Source of the DNA: an uncultured Rhizobiaceae bacterium
Lineage (GTDB): Bacteria > Pseudomonadota > Alphaproteobacteria > UBA828
DNA: 48,467 bases
Assembly (NCBI GenBank): GCA_964624055.1
Contig: CAZUXZ010000103.1
Location: forward strand, 1 to 48,467
Direction of reading: 5' to 3'
This document shows, piece by piece, positions 20,901 to 33,423 of this stretch. Numbering within the stretch: the first letter of the stretch is position 1; each line of letters begins with the position of its first letter. A model generated the notes under the pieces. The model saw only the letters and a program-made list of their open reading frames with translations. It had not been told where the DNA came from and did not search any database. The position numbers and the translations under genes were made by a program.

Positions 20901-22286
20901 GTGGTGCTTTCTCTTTATAATACCCTGACGCGTCGCAAGGAGCCTTTCGTTCCGCTCGATGCAACGCGCATCGGCATGTATGTTTGCGGGCCAACGGTCT
21001 ACGACCTGGCGCATATCGGCAATGCGCGCCCCATCATAGTTTTCGACGTACTCTACCGCGTACTGCGCCAAATCTATGGCGAGAGCGCCGTCACTTATGT
21101 GCGCAACATCACGGACGTTGACGACAAGATCAACGCGGCGGCAAAAGCCACCGGAGAATCGATCATGGCGATCACGGCGAGTACCACGAAAGCCTTTCAT
21201 GCGGATATCGCCGAGCTCAATGCGCTGCCGCCGGATGTAGAGCCGCGCGCGACCGAGCACATCGCTGAGATGATCGCGATAATCGAAGCATTGATCGCCG
21301 CTGAGCACGCCTATGCAGCGGACGGTCATGTTCTTTTTCACGTCCCGTCTTTCTCAGAGTACGGCAAGTTGTCGCACCGCGAGCGAGACGAAATGATCGC
21401 AGGTGCCAGGGTCGAGGTCGCCCCCTATAAGCGCGATCCAGCAGATTTTGTGTTATGGAAGCCTAGCGACCCATCGCTTCCTGGCTGGGACAGTCCCTGG
21501 GGTCGCGGCCGGCCGTGCTGGCATATTGAATGTTCTGCGATGTGCCGTAAACATCTTGGTACCACTGTGGATATTCATGGTGGCGGCTCGGATTTGATCT
21601 TCCCCCATCACGAAAACGAAGTGGCGCAGAGCGAATGCTCCTGCCCCGGCGACCCCTTCGTGCGCCACTGGATACATAACGGTTTCCTTACGGTGAATGG
21701 TGAGAAAATGTCGAAGTCGCTGGGCAATTTCATCACCATTCGCCAGGCACTTGAAGGCTCGCCGGGCGAAGTGTTGCGCTTAATGATGCTAAGCACCCAT
21801 TACCGCCACCCGCTCGACTGGACCGAGGACGGCGTAAAGCAGGCGCGGACGCGTCTCGACCGACTCTACCGCGTGCTGCAGAAGGCCGGAGGGCGAGCAC
21901 CGGATTGCGATGCGGCAGACCTCGATGACGACTTTGCTAATGCGTTGCAAGATGACCTCAATACACCGCTCGCCCTGGCCGAACTGGAGCGCCAAGCAGA
22001 TGATCTGTCGAGCGTTGACGGCAGGGAAGGGGAGTGGGGACGTGGTCGGTTCTTGGCTGCCGCCGGTGTCCTCGGCATTCTGCAGCAGGATCCGGAAGCC
22101 TGGTTCAAGGGTGGTGAGGCAGCGAAGGATGTTAGTCATATTGAAGCAGAGATCACGCGCCGCGTGGAAGCTCGCCAGGCCAAAGATTTTGCCGCGGCGG
22201 ACAATATTCGTGATGCTCTGGCGGAAAATGGCATCATCCTCGAGGATCGGCCGGATGGTACGACGGATTGGCGGCGCACGGTATAG
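20901..22286 (+). CDS. cysS: Cysteine--tRNA ligase
   Basis: HIGH-type motif HIGNARP, KMSKS motif, Zn-binding Cys residues. GTG start. Confidence 0.94.
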   Translation: MVLSLYNTLTRRKEPFVPLDATRIGMYVCGPTVYDLAHIGNARPIIVFDVLYRVLRQIYGESAVTYVRNITDVDDKINAAAKATGESIMAITASTTKAFHADIAELNALPPDVEPRATEHIAEMIAIIEALIAAEHAYAADGHVLFHVPSFSEYGKLSHRERDEMIAGARVEVAPYKRDPADFVLWKPSDPSLPGWDSPWGRGRPCWHIECSAMCRKHLGTTVDIHGGGSDLIFPHHENEVAQSECSCPGDPFVRHWIHNGFLTVNGEKMSKSLGNFITIRQALEGSPGEVLRLMMLSTHYRHPLDWTEDGVKQARTRLDRLYRVLQKAGGRAPDCDAADLDDDFANALQDDLNTPLALAELERQADDLSSVDGREGEWGRGRFLAAAGVLGILQQDPEAWFKGGEAAKDVSHIEAEITRRVEARQAKDFAAADNIRDALAENGIILEDRPDGTTDWRRTV

Positions 22287-22340
22287 GGCGAAAAATGCTG
22301 GAGGGATGCATCTATTTCCACAATTTGAGTCTGAGAACCA

Positions 22341-23237
22341 TTGTGCTGCCCGATGGCGGCGAATTATCTGGCGCGGATAAGCTTGCTATCGGCCAGGCGT
22401 TCAACGGTCTGGGCAGCGTATTGCCCGGCGATCCTGGCTAGCGCGGTGGCGGGTACCGACCGCCGCCAGGGAAAGGCTCAGGCGGCTGAATTCGCCTCCG
22501 CGGGAGGACCGGCGATCATCCTCATCCGTCCACAGCTCGGCGAGAATATTGGCACCGCGGCGCGCGCTATGCTGAATTGTGGCCTCATGGATCTTCGCCT
22601 CGTCGCGCCACGCGATGGCTGGCCCAACGTTAAGGCACTGAACGCGGCCTCTGGCGCGGATGCGGTGATCGGGCGGGTGCGGCTTTTCGATACGATCGCC
22701 GAGGCGGTGGCGGAGCTAAATACGGTCTACGCCACTACTGCGCGCGCGCGCGATATGATCAAGCCGGTTATCACTGCACGCAAGGCGGCGGAGAATATGC
22801 GGCAAAATACCGTCGCCAAAGCAGGAATCCTATTCGGCCCAGAGCGAAGCGGTCTCAACAATGACGATGTGTCACTCGCTGACGCGATAATCGAGGTGCC
22901 GCTTAATCCCGCCTTTGCCTCGCTCAACCTGGCTCAGGCTGTCCTGATCATTAGTTACGAATGGTATGCGGCGACCGGCGAGACGGTGCCTGAGTGCCTA
23001 CTCACTGACCACGGTTCGGCTGCCCAGAAAGACGAAATATTAAATTTTTTCAATATGTTGGAAGGCGAACTGGACATCCGTAACTTTTATCCAACGCCCG
23101 CTATGCGACCCAAGATGACGCGCAATATGCGCAATCTCTTCCAGCGTTTACAATTGTCACAGCAGGACGTGCAAAGTCTTTACGGCATCGTCAAAGCCCT
23201 AGCCAACACGCCACCGGGTGGTAAATTGGGCAGTTAG
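22341..23237 (+). CDS. SpoU/TrmH-family RNA 2'-O-methyltransferase (TrmJ-like)
   Basis: Conserved core starts at AIILIRPQLGENIGTAARAMLNCG. The true start is probably downstream of 22341 (for example in-frame GTG at 22446), so the N-terminus is uncertain. Confidence 0.75.
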   Translation: MCCPMAANYLARISLLSARRSTVWAAYCPAILASAVAGTDRRQGKAQAAEFASAGGPAIILIRPQLGENIGTAARAMLNCGLMDLRLVAPRDGWPNVKALNAASGADAVIGRVRLFDTIAEAVAELNTVYATTARARDMIKPVITARKAAENMRQNTVAKAGILFGPERSGLNNDDVSLADAIIEVPLNPAFASLNLAQAVLIISYEWYAATGETVPECLLTDHGSAAQKDEILNFFNMLEGELDIRNFYPTPAMRPKMTRNMRNLFQRLQLSQQDVQSLYGIVKALANTPPGGKLGS

Positions 23238-23267
23238 AATTTTTGCTGGTTAACTCTACCTCTCCGT

Positions 23268-23295
23268 TTGACATCGGAAGCCGCCCGTATATAGT
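23268..23295 (+). promoter_or_regulatory. Candidate sigma70-type promoter for rpsD (TTGACA, 16-nt spacer, TATAGT)
   Basis: TTGACA at 23268-23273 and TATAGT at 23290-23295, about 60 nt upstream of the rpsD ATG. Confidence 0.45.
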
Positions 23296-23301
23296 ACCGC
23301 C

Positions 23302-23329
23302 ACATCGCGGGCCTTTCGGTCCGCGATGT
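23302..23329 (+). promoter_or_regulatory. Stable stem-loop in the trmJ-rpsD spacer (rpsD 5' leader structure or trmJ-like gene terminator)
   Basis: ACATCGCGG...CCGCGATGT is a perfect 9-bp stem, extendable by 3 more pairs to a TTTC tetraloop. It is followed by TCTTTC. Confidence 0.4.
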
Positions 23330-23355
23330 TCTTTCGCGCAAATATTGCGGGTCAC

Positions 23356-23970
23356 ATGAGCAAGCGACTTGAATCGAAATATAAGATCTGCCGCCGTCTT
23401 GGGGTGAACCTCTGGGGTCGCGCAAAGAGCCCGACGAACAAGCGCGATTATGGCCCTGGCCAGCATGGCCAGCGCCGCCGCAAACCGTCCGATTTCGGTA
23501 CCCAGCTGCAAGCTAAGCAGAAGCTACGCGGCTATTATGGCAACATCACCGAGAAGCAGTTTCAGGGCTATTACGAGAAGGCAGTGAACGTGAAGGGCGA
23601 TACCGGCGAGAATTTGATTGGCCTCCTCGAGCGCCGTCTCGACGCCGTGGTCTACCGTATGAAATTCGTACCCACTGTTTTCGCCGCGCGCCAGTTCGTC
23701 AGCCACGGCCATGTCCGAGTCAACGGCACACGCGTTACTATTCCAAGCTATCTAGTGAAGGAAGGCGACGAGGTGACGGTGAAGGAGAAATCGCGAGAAC
23801 TGCCGCTGGTGCTATCCGCGGTCGATTCGTCGGAGCGCGAAGTGCCGGAATACATGGATGTCAATCACGACCGTATGGAAGGCAAGTTCGTGCGCACGCC
23901 AAAACTGGCCGACGTTCCCTATCCGACTGAGATGGAGCCCAACTTGGTGGTCGAGTATTACTCACGCTAA
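23356..23970 (+). CDS. rpsD: 30S ribosomal protein S4
   Basis: [22 protein letters not shown]... is the canonical S4 N-terminus. ORF-track start 23326 trimmed to ATG 23356. Confidence 0.95.
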   Translation: MSKRLESKYKICRRLGVNLWGRAKSPTNKRDYGPGQHGQRRRKPSDFGTQLQAKQKLRGYYGNITEKQFQGYYEKAVNVKGDTGENLIGLLERRLDAVVYRMKFVPTVFAARQFVSHGHVRVNGTRVTIPSYLVKEGDEVTVKEKSRELPLVLSAVDSSEREVPEYMDVNHDRMEGKFVRTPKLADVPYPTEMEPNLVVEYYSR

Positions 23971-24079
23971 GGTTGGACGATTCTTTTGTATAGATCATTC
24001 GGGGCCGCCTTTTGATGGCTCCAACGCGCGACTAGTTTAGCCTCTCAAATTTGCAATAAGCTAATTGGGTGGAGTGGAA

Positions 24080-24448
24080 TTAAGTTTGCGCAAATTTTCC
24101 TAAAAAATCGATATCCAGGTCGAGCTTTTCGCCGAGCCAAAGCTGGAATCTAGCATGGTCGGCCAGGGCATGGTCGGTGATCGGGTGTACCAGAATGTTT
24201 AGGCCGCAGCGGTTGAGCATGAGCCAGGGCACCAATTCTGCAAAAAGCTCGGTTCCGAAGGCGACCTGGTACATCGCCTGCGGATGAGGGCCGACCGGCT
24301 CGTCGCGCCAGCGGCCCATTGCGACGTCGAAACGTTCGCCAAGTGAAGCTCGCAGTTCTGCAGCACTGCGCCGCGTATCACGGTCATAATAAATATGCGC
24401 ATGATAGCCTCGGATCGAAACGGGATCCGCCACGGGGGCCGCCGTCAT
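24080..24448 (-). CDS. DOPA 4,5-dioxygenase-family small protein
   Basis: GYHAHIYYD N-terminal motif and about 120-aa size match the DOPA_dioxygen family. Starts 11 nt downstream of the grxD stop. Confidence 0.72.
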   Translation of the reverse strand: MTAAPVADPVSIRGYHAHIYYDRDTRRSAAELRASLGERFDVAMGRWRDEPVGPHPQAMYQVAFGTELFAELVPWLMLNRCGLNILVHPITDHALADHARFQLWLGEKLDLDIDFLGKFAQT

Positions 24449-24459
24449 GACGGAGAGTT

Positions 24460-24801
24460 TTAGGCGGGGGGCTGCTGTTCGATACCCTGCGAGGTTAAAA
24501 ACTCTGACAACTCACCGGATTCATACATTTCTCGGATAATATCGCAGCCGCCAACGAATTCGCCTTTGACATAGAGCTGAGGAATCGTCGGCCAGTCGCT
24601 GAAGCTCTTGATGCCATCGCGTACTTCCGGGTCCTCAAGCACGTCAAAGCCCTTGAACTTGACGCCCATCAGCGAGAGGACTTGCACTACGGTGGCAGAG
24701 AAGCCGCATTGCGGAAACACGGGCGTACCCTTCATAAACAGCACCACATCACTGTCGCCGATCGTTTGTTGTATACGCTGGGTTACGGGATTGTCGGTCA
24801 T
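24460..24801 (-). CDS. grxD: Grx4-family monothiol glutaredoxin
   Basis: CGFS active site (PQCGFS) and [19 protein letters not shown]. Confidence 0.92.
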   Translation of the reverse strand: MTDNPVTQRIQQTIGDSDVVLFMKGTPVFPQCGFSATVVQVLSLMGVKFKGFDVLEDPEVRDGIKSFSDWPTIPQLYVKGEFVGGCDIIREMYESGELSEFLTSQGIEQQPPA

Positions 24802-24837
24802 CGATTCATTCCTTCGATATTCTGTGCCGCCTAGCGC

Positions 24838-25080
24838 TCAGTCTTTGGCGGGAACCTCAGTTTTCAGCGCTAGAGCATGGAGCTGGCCGCCCATGCGGCC
24901 TTTGAGCGCCTTATAGACCATTTGATGTTGCTGAACGCGCGATTTCCCCCTGAAACTTGCCGACAAAACGAATGCCGCGTAATGATCGCCGTCGCCTCTA
25001 AGGTCATCAATCCGCACTTCCGCATCGGGAATGCTTTCCTGAATCAATTGCACGATTTCGGCTGAATCCATGGCCATCAT
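24838..25080 (-). CDS. BolA/IbaG-family protein
   Basis: 80 aa with a BolA fold signature (GDGDHY...RVQQHQMVY). The start abuts the purL stop with no gap. Confidence 0.88.
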   Translation of the reverse strand: MMAMDSAEIVQLIQESIPDAEVRIDDLRGDGDHYAAFVLSASFRGKSRVQQHQMVYKALKGRMGGQLHALALKTEVPAKD

Positions 25081-27332
<2,252 letters not shown>

Positions 27333-27336
<4 letters not shown>

Positions 27337-28022
27337 GCTAGCGCAGTCACGAGGCCGTCGAACATGGTCTTGCCGTCGGTACCGCCAAGGCACGTATCGG
27401 CCAGGCGTTCGGGATGAGGCATCATGCCGAGGATGGTGCGCTCCTTGTTGAAAATGCCGGCTATGTTGCGCGCCGATCCGTTGGGGTTGGAGTCGTCCGA
27501 CAATTGCCCTCGTTCATCGCAATAGCGGAAAGCGACTAGACCATCCCCTTCAAGCGAGTCCAACTCATCTCCTTGAGCGAAATAATTGCCATCACGGTGG
27601 GCGATGGGCATGCGCACCACTTCGCCTTGCGAGTAATTGCGGGTAAACTCGCTCTCCGCCGTCTCGACGCGCAGTAGCACGTCCTTGCACACAAATTTGA
27701 GCGAGGCGTTGGGCATCAACACACCAGGCAGGAGGCCCGACTCGGTTGCGACTTGGAAGCCGTTGCAGATGGCCAACACCCGCACGCCGTGCTTTGCCGC
27801 ATCGACCACGGCGCGCATAATCGGCGAATTGGCTGCTATCGCGCCCGAGCGTAGATAGTCGCCATAGGAGAAGCCGCCGGGCAGCGCGATCAGGTCACAT
27901 TCGGGCAGCGTGCGGTCGGCATGCCAAACCATGGCGGATGGTGTGCCGGTTGCCGCTTCGAGCGCAACCTTGATGTCGCGGTCGCAATTCGAGCCAGGAA
28001 AGACGATGACAGCGGTTTTCAT
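27333..28022 (-). CDS. purQ: Phosphoribosylformylglycinamidine synthase glutaminase subunit PurQ
   Basis: Class I amidotransferase with CNGFQ nucleophile elbow and MPHPER. Confidence 0.94.
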
Positions 28023-28080
28023 ATCCGGGATTTGCCCGGCGTTACGATATGGTTCGGTGCCGCGCGAGCAGCCTTGGCGT

Positions 28081-28323
28081 TCATGCTTCCAAATCGATGG
28101 CGTAGTTTTCGATCACGGTGTTGGCGAGGAGCTTTTCGCACATGTGCGAAAGCTCAGCCTTGGCCTTGGCTGGGTCGCTTTGGGCTATATCGAGTTCGAT
28201 ATATTTTCCCTGGCGGACATTTTCGATTCCGAAAAAGCCAAGCGCGCCCAGCGAGGATTGAATAGCTTTGCCTTGCGGGTCGAGCACTCCGTTTTTTAGA
28301 GTTATATGGATTCGCGCCTTCAT
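28081..28323 (-). CDS. purS: Phosphoribosylformylglycinamidine synthase subunit PurS
   Basis: 80 aa, [18 protein letters not shown]... is canonical PurS. Confidence 0.9.
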   Translation of the reverse strand: MKARIHITLKNGVLDPQGKAIQSSLGALGFFGIENVRQGKYIELDIAQSDPAKAKAELSHMCEKLLANTVIENYAIDLEA

Positions 28324-28359
28324 TTTCGGTCTTGGTTCGCCGCTCCGTTTAGATTGGGA

Positions 28360-29124
28360 TTAGCTGGCATGGCTGCGACCATGCATGTCAACGACATCGG
28401 ATTGCGGCAGGATACCGAGCCGGCGCGCGACTTCCTGGTAGGCTTCCGCGGCTTCGCTCATGCTAAGTCGCGCCCTTTCACGGTCTAGCCGCTGATTGGT
28501 CTCCATATCCCACAAGCGGCATGAATCCGGACTAATTTCATCGGCTAGTACGATGCGCAACTCTTCGCCTTGCCACAGGCGGCCAAACTCGAGCTCAAAA
28601 TCGACTAAGCGGATGCCGACGCCGTAAAAGAGACCGGAGAGGAAATCATTAATGCGCAGCGCCATAGACAGCATGTCATCAATCTCTTGTGGCATGGCCC
28701 AACTGAAGGCCGTGATATGCTCCTCTGAGATCATTGGATCGCCGAGTTCATCGCTTTTGTGATAATACTCGACCACCGAGCGCGGCAAGGCTGTGCCTTC
28801 GTCTACGCCGAGACGTTTAACGAGATCGCCGGCAACAATGTTGCGCACTAGCACCTTCACCCGGATGATTTCAACCTCGCGGATAAGCTGCTCGCGCATG
28901 TTGAGGCGGCGCACGAAATGGTTAGGTACGCCGATCTCGGTCAGGCCGATCATCAAATGCTCGGAAATACGGTTGTTAAGAACGCCTTTGCCAGTAATCG
29001 TAGTGGTTTCGCCGCCCGCTTCACGCGTGGCGTCGTCCTTAAAATACTGCACGAGTGTGCCTGGCTCGGTGCCTTCGTAGATCACCTTCGCCTTGCCTTC
29101 AAATATGCGTCTACGACGGGACAT
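28360..29124 (-). CDS. purC: Phosphoribosylaminoimidazole-succinocarboxamide (SAICAR) synthase
   Basis: [10 protein letters not shown]-terminus and [14 protein letters not shown] motif. Confidence 0.94.
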   Translation of the reverse strand: MSRRRRIFEGKAKVIYEGTEPGTLVQYFKDDATREAGGETTTITGKGVLNNRISEHLMIGLTEIGVPNHFVRRLNMREQLIREVEIIRVKVLVRNIVAGDLVKRLGVDEGTALPRSVVEYYHKSDELGDPMISEEHITAFSWAMPQEIDDMLSMALRINDFLSGLFYGVGIRLVDFELEFGRLWQGEELRIVLADEISPDSCRLWDMETNQRLDRERARLSMSEAAEAYQEVARRLGILPQSDVVDMHGRSHAS

Positions 29125-29304
29125 CCCCGAACCTCCGCGACGGAGAGAAACGTCAAGCCCGCGTTATGGGAGCAGCGGGCCACATCCCAGTTTGGGTATG
29201 ATTTGGATAAAACCTTAATCAAAGAGCCCTAGCAAAACAATGTCACCTGAAGTGCCAATTAGTAACGCGCTAGCCAACATCATTTCTGGGCGCGATGGCT
29301 CAGT

Positions 29305-30057
29305 CTAAGTATCTATAACAGAAAAAGAAAATTGATCGGGTGGCCCAGCGGCAAATAGCCAGATCGGTCGCTTTGCGAGCGCCGAAACAGCAGGCAGCGC
29401 GATGAGGGAGGCGTTGACGGTGCCGAATCCAGGCGGAGTCGATATGCACATCGCAGCCTGCTCTGACGAGTCTCTATCATTATTTTCTTTGCTTGCTAAG
29501 AGATTTATCCAAGAATCCCATTTTCCGGCCGTAGGATCTGGTGGTTCGGCTTCCGCTAAGCTCGCTAAATGGCGTGCTACCCGGGGCGATTGTGGCGAAT
29601 TGCGGTCGTGCGCAGTGAACATGGAAGGCCCGGGCGGCACTGCCTCATAGCGAATTGGGGATGCTCCGTCATGGCGTAGCCAATAGGCGCCTCTATTGTC
29701 CGCCAGCACTAGATTGAACGGCCGGTAGGCATTGTTATCGAGGGCGGCGAGTGCTTCGGCTGCTTCATGTGCGTCGGCGTGATCCAGGGCGTCCAGCACC
29801 AACTCGCCGCGGCTGCGCTTATCGACGCTCGGACCCAGTGAACCAACTCTGTTCAGGATACCGGCAACGACACCGTGATCATTAATTCCGAGCCAACTAC
29901 CGCCGGCCAGATGGTCGCGCCCGGCCACGACTTCTGGGCGGTCTGGCCAATGGCGTGCTGGGTTTGACCAGGTACGATTGAGTTTTTCATCGCGGTTGGC
30001 GGCGATCAGGATCGGCCAGTCATGTTTCGGGCGATGTAGAATCAATAGGGTGCACAT
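29305..30057 (-). CDS. NRDE-family (TANGO2-like) protein
   Basis: N-terminal MCTLLIL (Cys2) and the eponymous AANRDE motif. Confidence 0.82.
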   Translation of the reverse strand: MCTLLILHRPKHDWPILIAANRDEKLNRTWSNPARHWPDRPEVVAGRDHLAGGSWLGINDHGVVAGILNRVGSLGPSVDKRSRGELVLDALDHADAHEAAEALAALDNNAYRPFNLVLADNRGAYWLRHDGASPIRYEAVPPGPSMFTAHDRNSPQSPRVARHLASLAEAEPPDPTAGKWDSWINLLASKENNDRDSSEQAAMCISTPPGFGTVNASLIALPAVSALAKRPIWLFAAGPPDQFSFSVIDT

Positions 30058-30269
30058 AACAGATTTTGGGCCTTAGCTCTTGATTTCAGCTCGCGCCGGA
30101 CATTCTGTCTTTACCCGCATTGCAAAGCGCCTCGCAAACCTCATATAAGGACTCATAAATTTATTTTCTACGTGCGTTCAGAATCGGCACGCATCGCGGA
30201 CAAATCATAGACCACAAGACACCTATTTGGCACAATGCGACAAGAGGCCCGGGGCGGGCGACAAGAAAC

Positions 30270-30614
30270 ATGAACAAGGAGCGGACGGTCATGAGTAATG
30301 GATTTGATGAACGGAAAACGGCGGCGGAAGCAAAGTTTAAGCATGACGAGGAATTCAATTTCAAGGTTATGGCGCGCCGCAACAAGTTACTGGGTCTTTG
30401 GGCCGCGGACCTCATGGGAGTTGAGGGCGCCGATGCTGACGCCTATGCCAAGCAGGTGGTAGTCTCCGATTTCGATGAACCCGGCGATGATGACGTTCTG
30501 CGAAAAGTGCTAGGCGATCTTCAGGCTAAGGGCCGCGGTGAGGACAAAACGGCCGTTCGCCAACAGATGGACAAGCTCCTCGAACAGGCTAAAGAAGAGT
30601 TGGCGAGTGAATAG
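30270..30614 (+). CDS. F1-ATPase inhibitor zeta subunit (DUF1476)
   Basis: FDERKTAAEAKFKHDEEFNFKVMARRNKLLGLWAA...VVVSDFDEPGDDDVLRKV closely parallels the Paracoccus zeta subunit as recalled. The start may instead be ATG 30291. Confidence 0.82.
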   Translation: MNKERTVMSNGFDERKTAAEAKFKHDEEFNFKVMARRNKLLGLWAADLMGVEGADADAYAKQVVVSDFDEPGDDDVLRKVLGDLQAKGRGEDKTAVRQQMDKLLEQAKEELASE

Positions 30615-30621
30615 CCCGTCA

Positions 30622-30641
30622 TGCTCTGGGCAGAGATTTTT
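30622..30641 (+). terminator. Weak candidate intrinsic terminator after the zeta-subunit gene
   Basis: Short GCTCTGGGCAGAG hairpin followed by TTTTT. The stem is only 4-5 bp. Confidence 0.3.
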
Positions 30642-30668
30642 AAAAATAAGTTAGCTTACTAATAAAAT

Positions 30669-31208
30669 ATGGATTATTCTGGTCAAAGTTGGGGTGAGGG
30701 CGCCTTTCGGGCTCTGTCCGAGGCCGGTGTTCGGCAAATCCCTTACGTTCCCGATAGCGGGCTCGACCGGCTGATTAATCTCTGCGCTGACGACAATAAA
30801 ATGCACACGGTGCTGCTGTCCTCGGAGCAAGAAGGCATTGGTATCGCTGCCGGGGCATGGCTCGGTGGCGCGCGCTCTGCACTTCTCATGCAGTCGAGCG
30901 GTGTCGGCAATTGCATAAACGCACTCTCGCTTGCACGTGCCTGTCGATTTCCGCTTTTGATGATCGTCACCATGCGCGGTGAATGGGGCGAGTTCAATCC
31001 CTGGCAATTGCCCATGGGACAAAACGCCGGAGACCATTTTGCACGGTGCGGCGTCGTCGTCCGGCGCGTCGAGGCTGCTGAGGAGGCGCATGAAGCGGTT
31101 TCTGGGGCGGCATCACTCGCCTTCGAAACCCTTAGCACCACCGCAGTTCTGATTGCCCAGCGCGTCATCGGTGCCAAGGATTTTGCCAAGATGCCCGGCA
31201 ATGGCTGA
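30669..31208 (+). CDS. ThDP-dependent decarboxylase alpha subunit (sulfopyruvate/phosphonopyruvate decarboxylase-like, PYR domain)
   Basis: EQEGIGIAAGAWLGG...LMQSSGVGNCINAL matches the ComD/Ppd N-terminal-domain pattern. 8-nt overlap (ATGGCTGA) with the beta subunit. Confidence 0.78.
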   Translation: MDYSGQSWGEGAFRALSEAGVRQIPYVPDSGLDRLINLCADDNKMHTVLLSSEQEGIGIAAGAWLGGARSALLMQSSGVGNCINALSLARACRFPLLMIVTMRGEWGEFNPWQLPMGQNAGDHFARCGVVVRRVEAAEEAHEAVSGAASLAFETLSTTAVLIAQRVIGAKDFAKMPGNG

Positions 31209-31803
31209 GCGCCCCGAAGCCGTGCTCGCCCGGCGCGACCTCGTTGCGGCGCTTCTTGGCCGTCGCGACGATGCCCTGGTTATCGCCGGTCTCGGCTCCG
31301 CTGCCTGGGACTGCGCCGCGGTCGAAAACAATCCACTTGATTTTCCTCTATGGGGCGCGATGGGCAATGCCGCGATGATTGGCCTCGGCCTTAGCTTGGC
31401 CCAGCCCGAACGCCGCGTGCTGGTGATCACCGGCGACGGCGACATGGCGATGGGCCTCGGCTCCCTCGCGACCATCGCCAGTCAGCGACCGACCAATTTC
31501 GCTCTTCTCGTGCTGGATAACGAGCATCATGGCGAGACTGGCATGCAAAAAAGTCATACTTCAGTGGGTCTCGATATTGCCGGAGTGGCCGCGAGCTGTG
31601 GCTTCCATCAGACACATTGTATAAGCGATCAGGCGGGTTGGTACGCTGCCATACCACTTCTCCTCGGAGCACCTGGCCCCATTGCTGTCGTCGCCAAAAT
31701 CAAGGCGGAGAAGCTCTCCCGCGTCCTGCCGCCGCGCGACGGCGCCTATCTCAAGGACCGCTTCCGCAATGCCCTGCTTGGCGAGGAGGAGGCGCAGGCC
31801 TAA
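31201..31803 (+). CDS. ThDP-dependent decarboxylase beta subunit (ComE-like, PP domain)
   Basis: ThDP-binding motif GDGDMAMGLGSLATIASQRPTNFALLVLDN. Start trimmed to ATG 31201 (MAERPEAV...). Confidence 0.78.
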   Translation: MAERPEAVLARRDLVAALLGRRDDALVIAGLGSAAWDCAAVENNPLDFPLWGAMGNAAMIGLGLSLAQPERRVLVITGDGDMAMGLGSLATIASQRPTNFALLVLDNEHHGETGMQKSHTSVGLDIAGVAASCGFHQTHCISDQAGWYAAIPLLLGAPGPIAVVAKIKAEKLSRVLPPRDGAYLKDRFRNALLGEEEAQA

Positions 31804-31877
31804 ATAAAAAATTAGCTAAGCTCTATCCATCACTGAACGACTGTCTCCAGACTTAAAAACCTAAGCAGAGGTAGGAT

Positions 31878-32630
31878 ATGAAGCTGAAAAACAAGGTTGC
31901 TCTGGTTACGGGTGGGTTGGGCGGTATCGGCGCAGCTATTGCGCACCGGTTCGCTGCAGAAGGCGCGAAGCTGGCGCTGAGCGATATCGCTGAGGGCGAG
32001 AGCCCGATCGTGGGCGTACGGGTATACCGCAAGGACCTGACCCGGACCGCCGCTTGCCGGGAGCTCGCCGAAGAGGTCGTTGGCGACTTCGGCACGGTCG
32101 ATATTCTCGTCAACTGCGTTGGCGTTTTCAACACCGTCCCCTTCGCTGAGACAACAGAGGCCGACTGGGATCTTTGTTTCAACGCCAATTTAAAGGGCGT
32201 TTTCTTTCTTATTCAGGCGCTCGCACCGACGATGCGCAAAAACGGCGGCGGCAAGGTGGTGAACCTTACCTCGATTGCGGCGACTGACGGTTTCGCCGAT
32301 GCCCATGCCTATTGTGCGGCCAAGGGTGGCCTGCTTAATCTTACCCGGTCTCTGGCACTTGAGCTCGCACCAAGCAGAATAAACGTCAACGCCATTGCTC
32401 CCGGCTTTATCCGGACCGAGATGACACGGAAATTGTGGAGCGACGAGGCGTTCCTCAAATACCTGCGCCGTATGTTGGCCACGCGCGAAGATTATATGGA
32501 ACCTGAGGCGATCGCCGACGCCGCGCTCTACCTATCGAGCGCAGATTCTGACCGGGTACACGGTCATAATCTGGTAGTTGACGATGGTTGGCTCGCCGGT
32601 GTCGCGCCGACGGCCTTCAGCGAGGATTGA
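31878..32630 (+). CDS. SDR-family oxidoreductase
   Basis: TGGLGGIG cofactor motif and catalytic YCAAK. Confidence 0.88.
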   Translation: MKLKNKVALVTGGLGGIGAAIAHRFAAEGAKLALSDIAEGESPIVGVRVYRKDLTRTAACRELAEEVVGDFGTVDILVNCVGVFNTVPFAETTEADWDLCFNANLKGVFFLIQALAPTMRKNGGGKVVNLTSIAATDGFADAHAYCAAKGGLLNLTRSLALELAPSRINVNAIAPGFIRTEMTRKLWSDEAFLKYLRRMLATREDYMEPEAIADAALYLSSADSDRVHGHNLVVDDGWLAGVAPTAFSED

Positions 32631-32645
32631 CGTTCCTATTAACCG

Positions 32646-33404
32646 CTAATACCGGCCCACAGTGAGGCCGCCATCAACAACAATGGTTTGGCCGGACATG
32701 TAACGCGCGCCGTCGGAGCAGAGGAAGAGGATCACGTCGGAAATGTCCTCGGGCTCGCCATAGCGTCCGAGGGGGATATATTTTGCCGCCGCCTCGAGGC
32801 CGGGCATACCGACCGAATGGACGGTCGAAAGCGCCTGGGCGGTCTTGATAAAGCCGGGCGCGACGCCGTTGATGCGCACACCGCTTGGCCCAAGGTCGCA
32901 GGCGAGGCCGCGTACCAGGCCTACGACGCCGGATTTTGCCGCATTGTACTGTACATGGTCGTGCCAGCCATAGGTCGTTCCCATCACCGAGGAGAGCGCC
33001 ACCATGGCGCCCTTGCCGGCCGCCTGCATTGCGGGTGCGGCAGCGCGCAACACGCGGAAAACGCCCGAGAGATTGACATCCAGCGTCTGGGTCCATTTCT
33101 CGTCGGTCATCTCGCCCAGCAGCACCTTATGGGCGATACCAGCATTAGCTACAACCGCGTTAAGAGCGCCGTTGGACGCTTCTACCAGCTTGACTACGGC
33201 GTCGACATTGGCCGTGTCGGTGACGTCGAGATGGTGAAACTCCGCCGTGCCGCCTTCCGCCTCGATGGCGGCAACGGTCTCGATCCCCTCCTTGTCGAGT
33301 ACGTCGGTAACAAAGACGTGATAGTCCGCGCGGGCGAAGGCGAGGGCCGAGGAATGGCCGATGCCGATGCCGGCGCCAGTAATCAGGACGGTGTCTTTAC
33401 TCAT
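32646..33404 (-). CDS. SDR-family oxidoreductase
   Basis: TGAGIGIG, NAG and YNAAK motifs. Start trimmed to ATG 33404 (MSKDTVLITG), with GGGAGA SD, 19 nt after the purB stop. Confidence 0.88.
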   Translation of the reverse strand: MSKDTVLITGAGIGIGHSSALAFARADYHVFVTDVLDKEGIETVAAIEAEGGTAEFHHLDVTDTANVDAVVKLVEASNGALNAVVANAGIAHKVLLGEMTDEKWTQTLDVNLSGVFRVLRAAAPAMQAAGKGAMVALSSVMGTTYGWHDHVQYNAAKSGVVGLVRGLACDLGPSGVRINGVAPGFIKTAQALSTVHSVGMPGLEAAAKYIPLGRYGEPEDISDVILFLCSDGARYMSGQTIVVDGGLTVGRY

Positions 33405-33423
33405 GGAACGTCTCCCTTTTACG

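Noticed and set aside
28324-29304. Possible purine/ZTP-type riboswitch or other leader upstream of purC or purS
   Set aside because: I could not find the conserved pfl/ZTP or purine-riboswitch sequence cores in the 29125-29304 or 28324-28359 spacers. An Rfam scan would be needed to exclude them fully.
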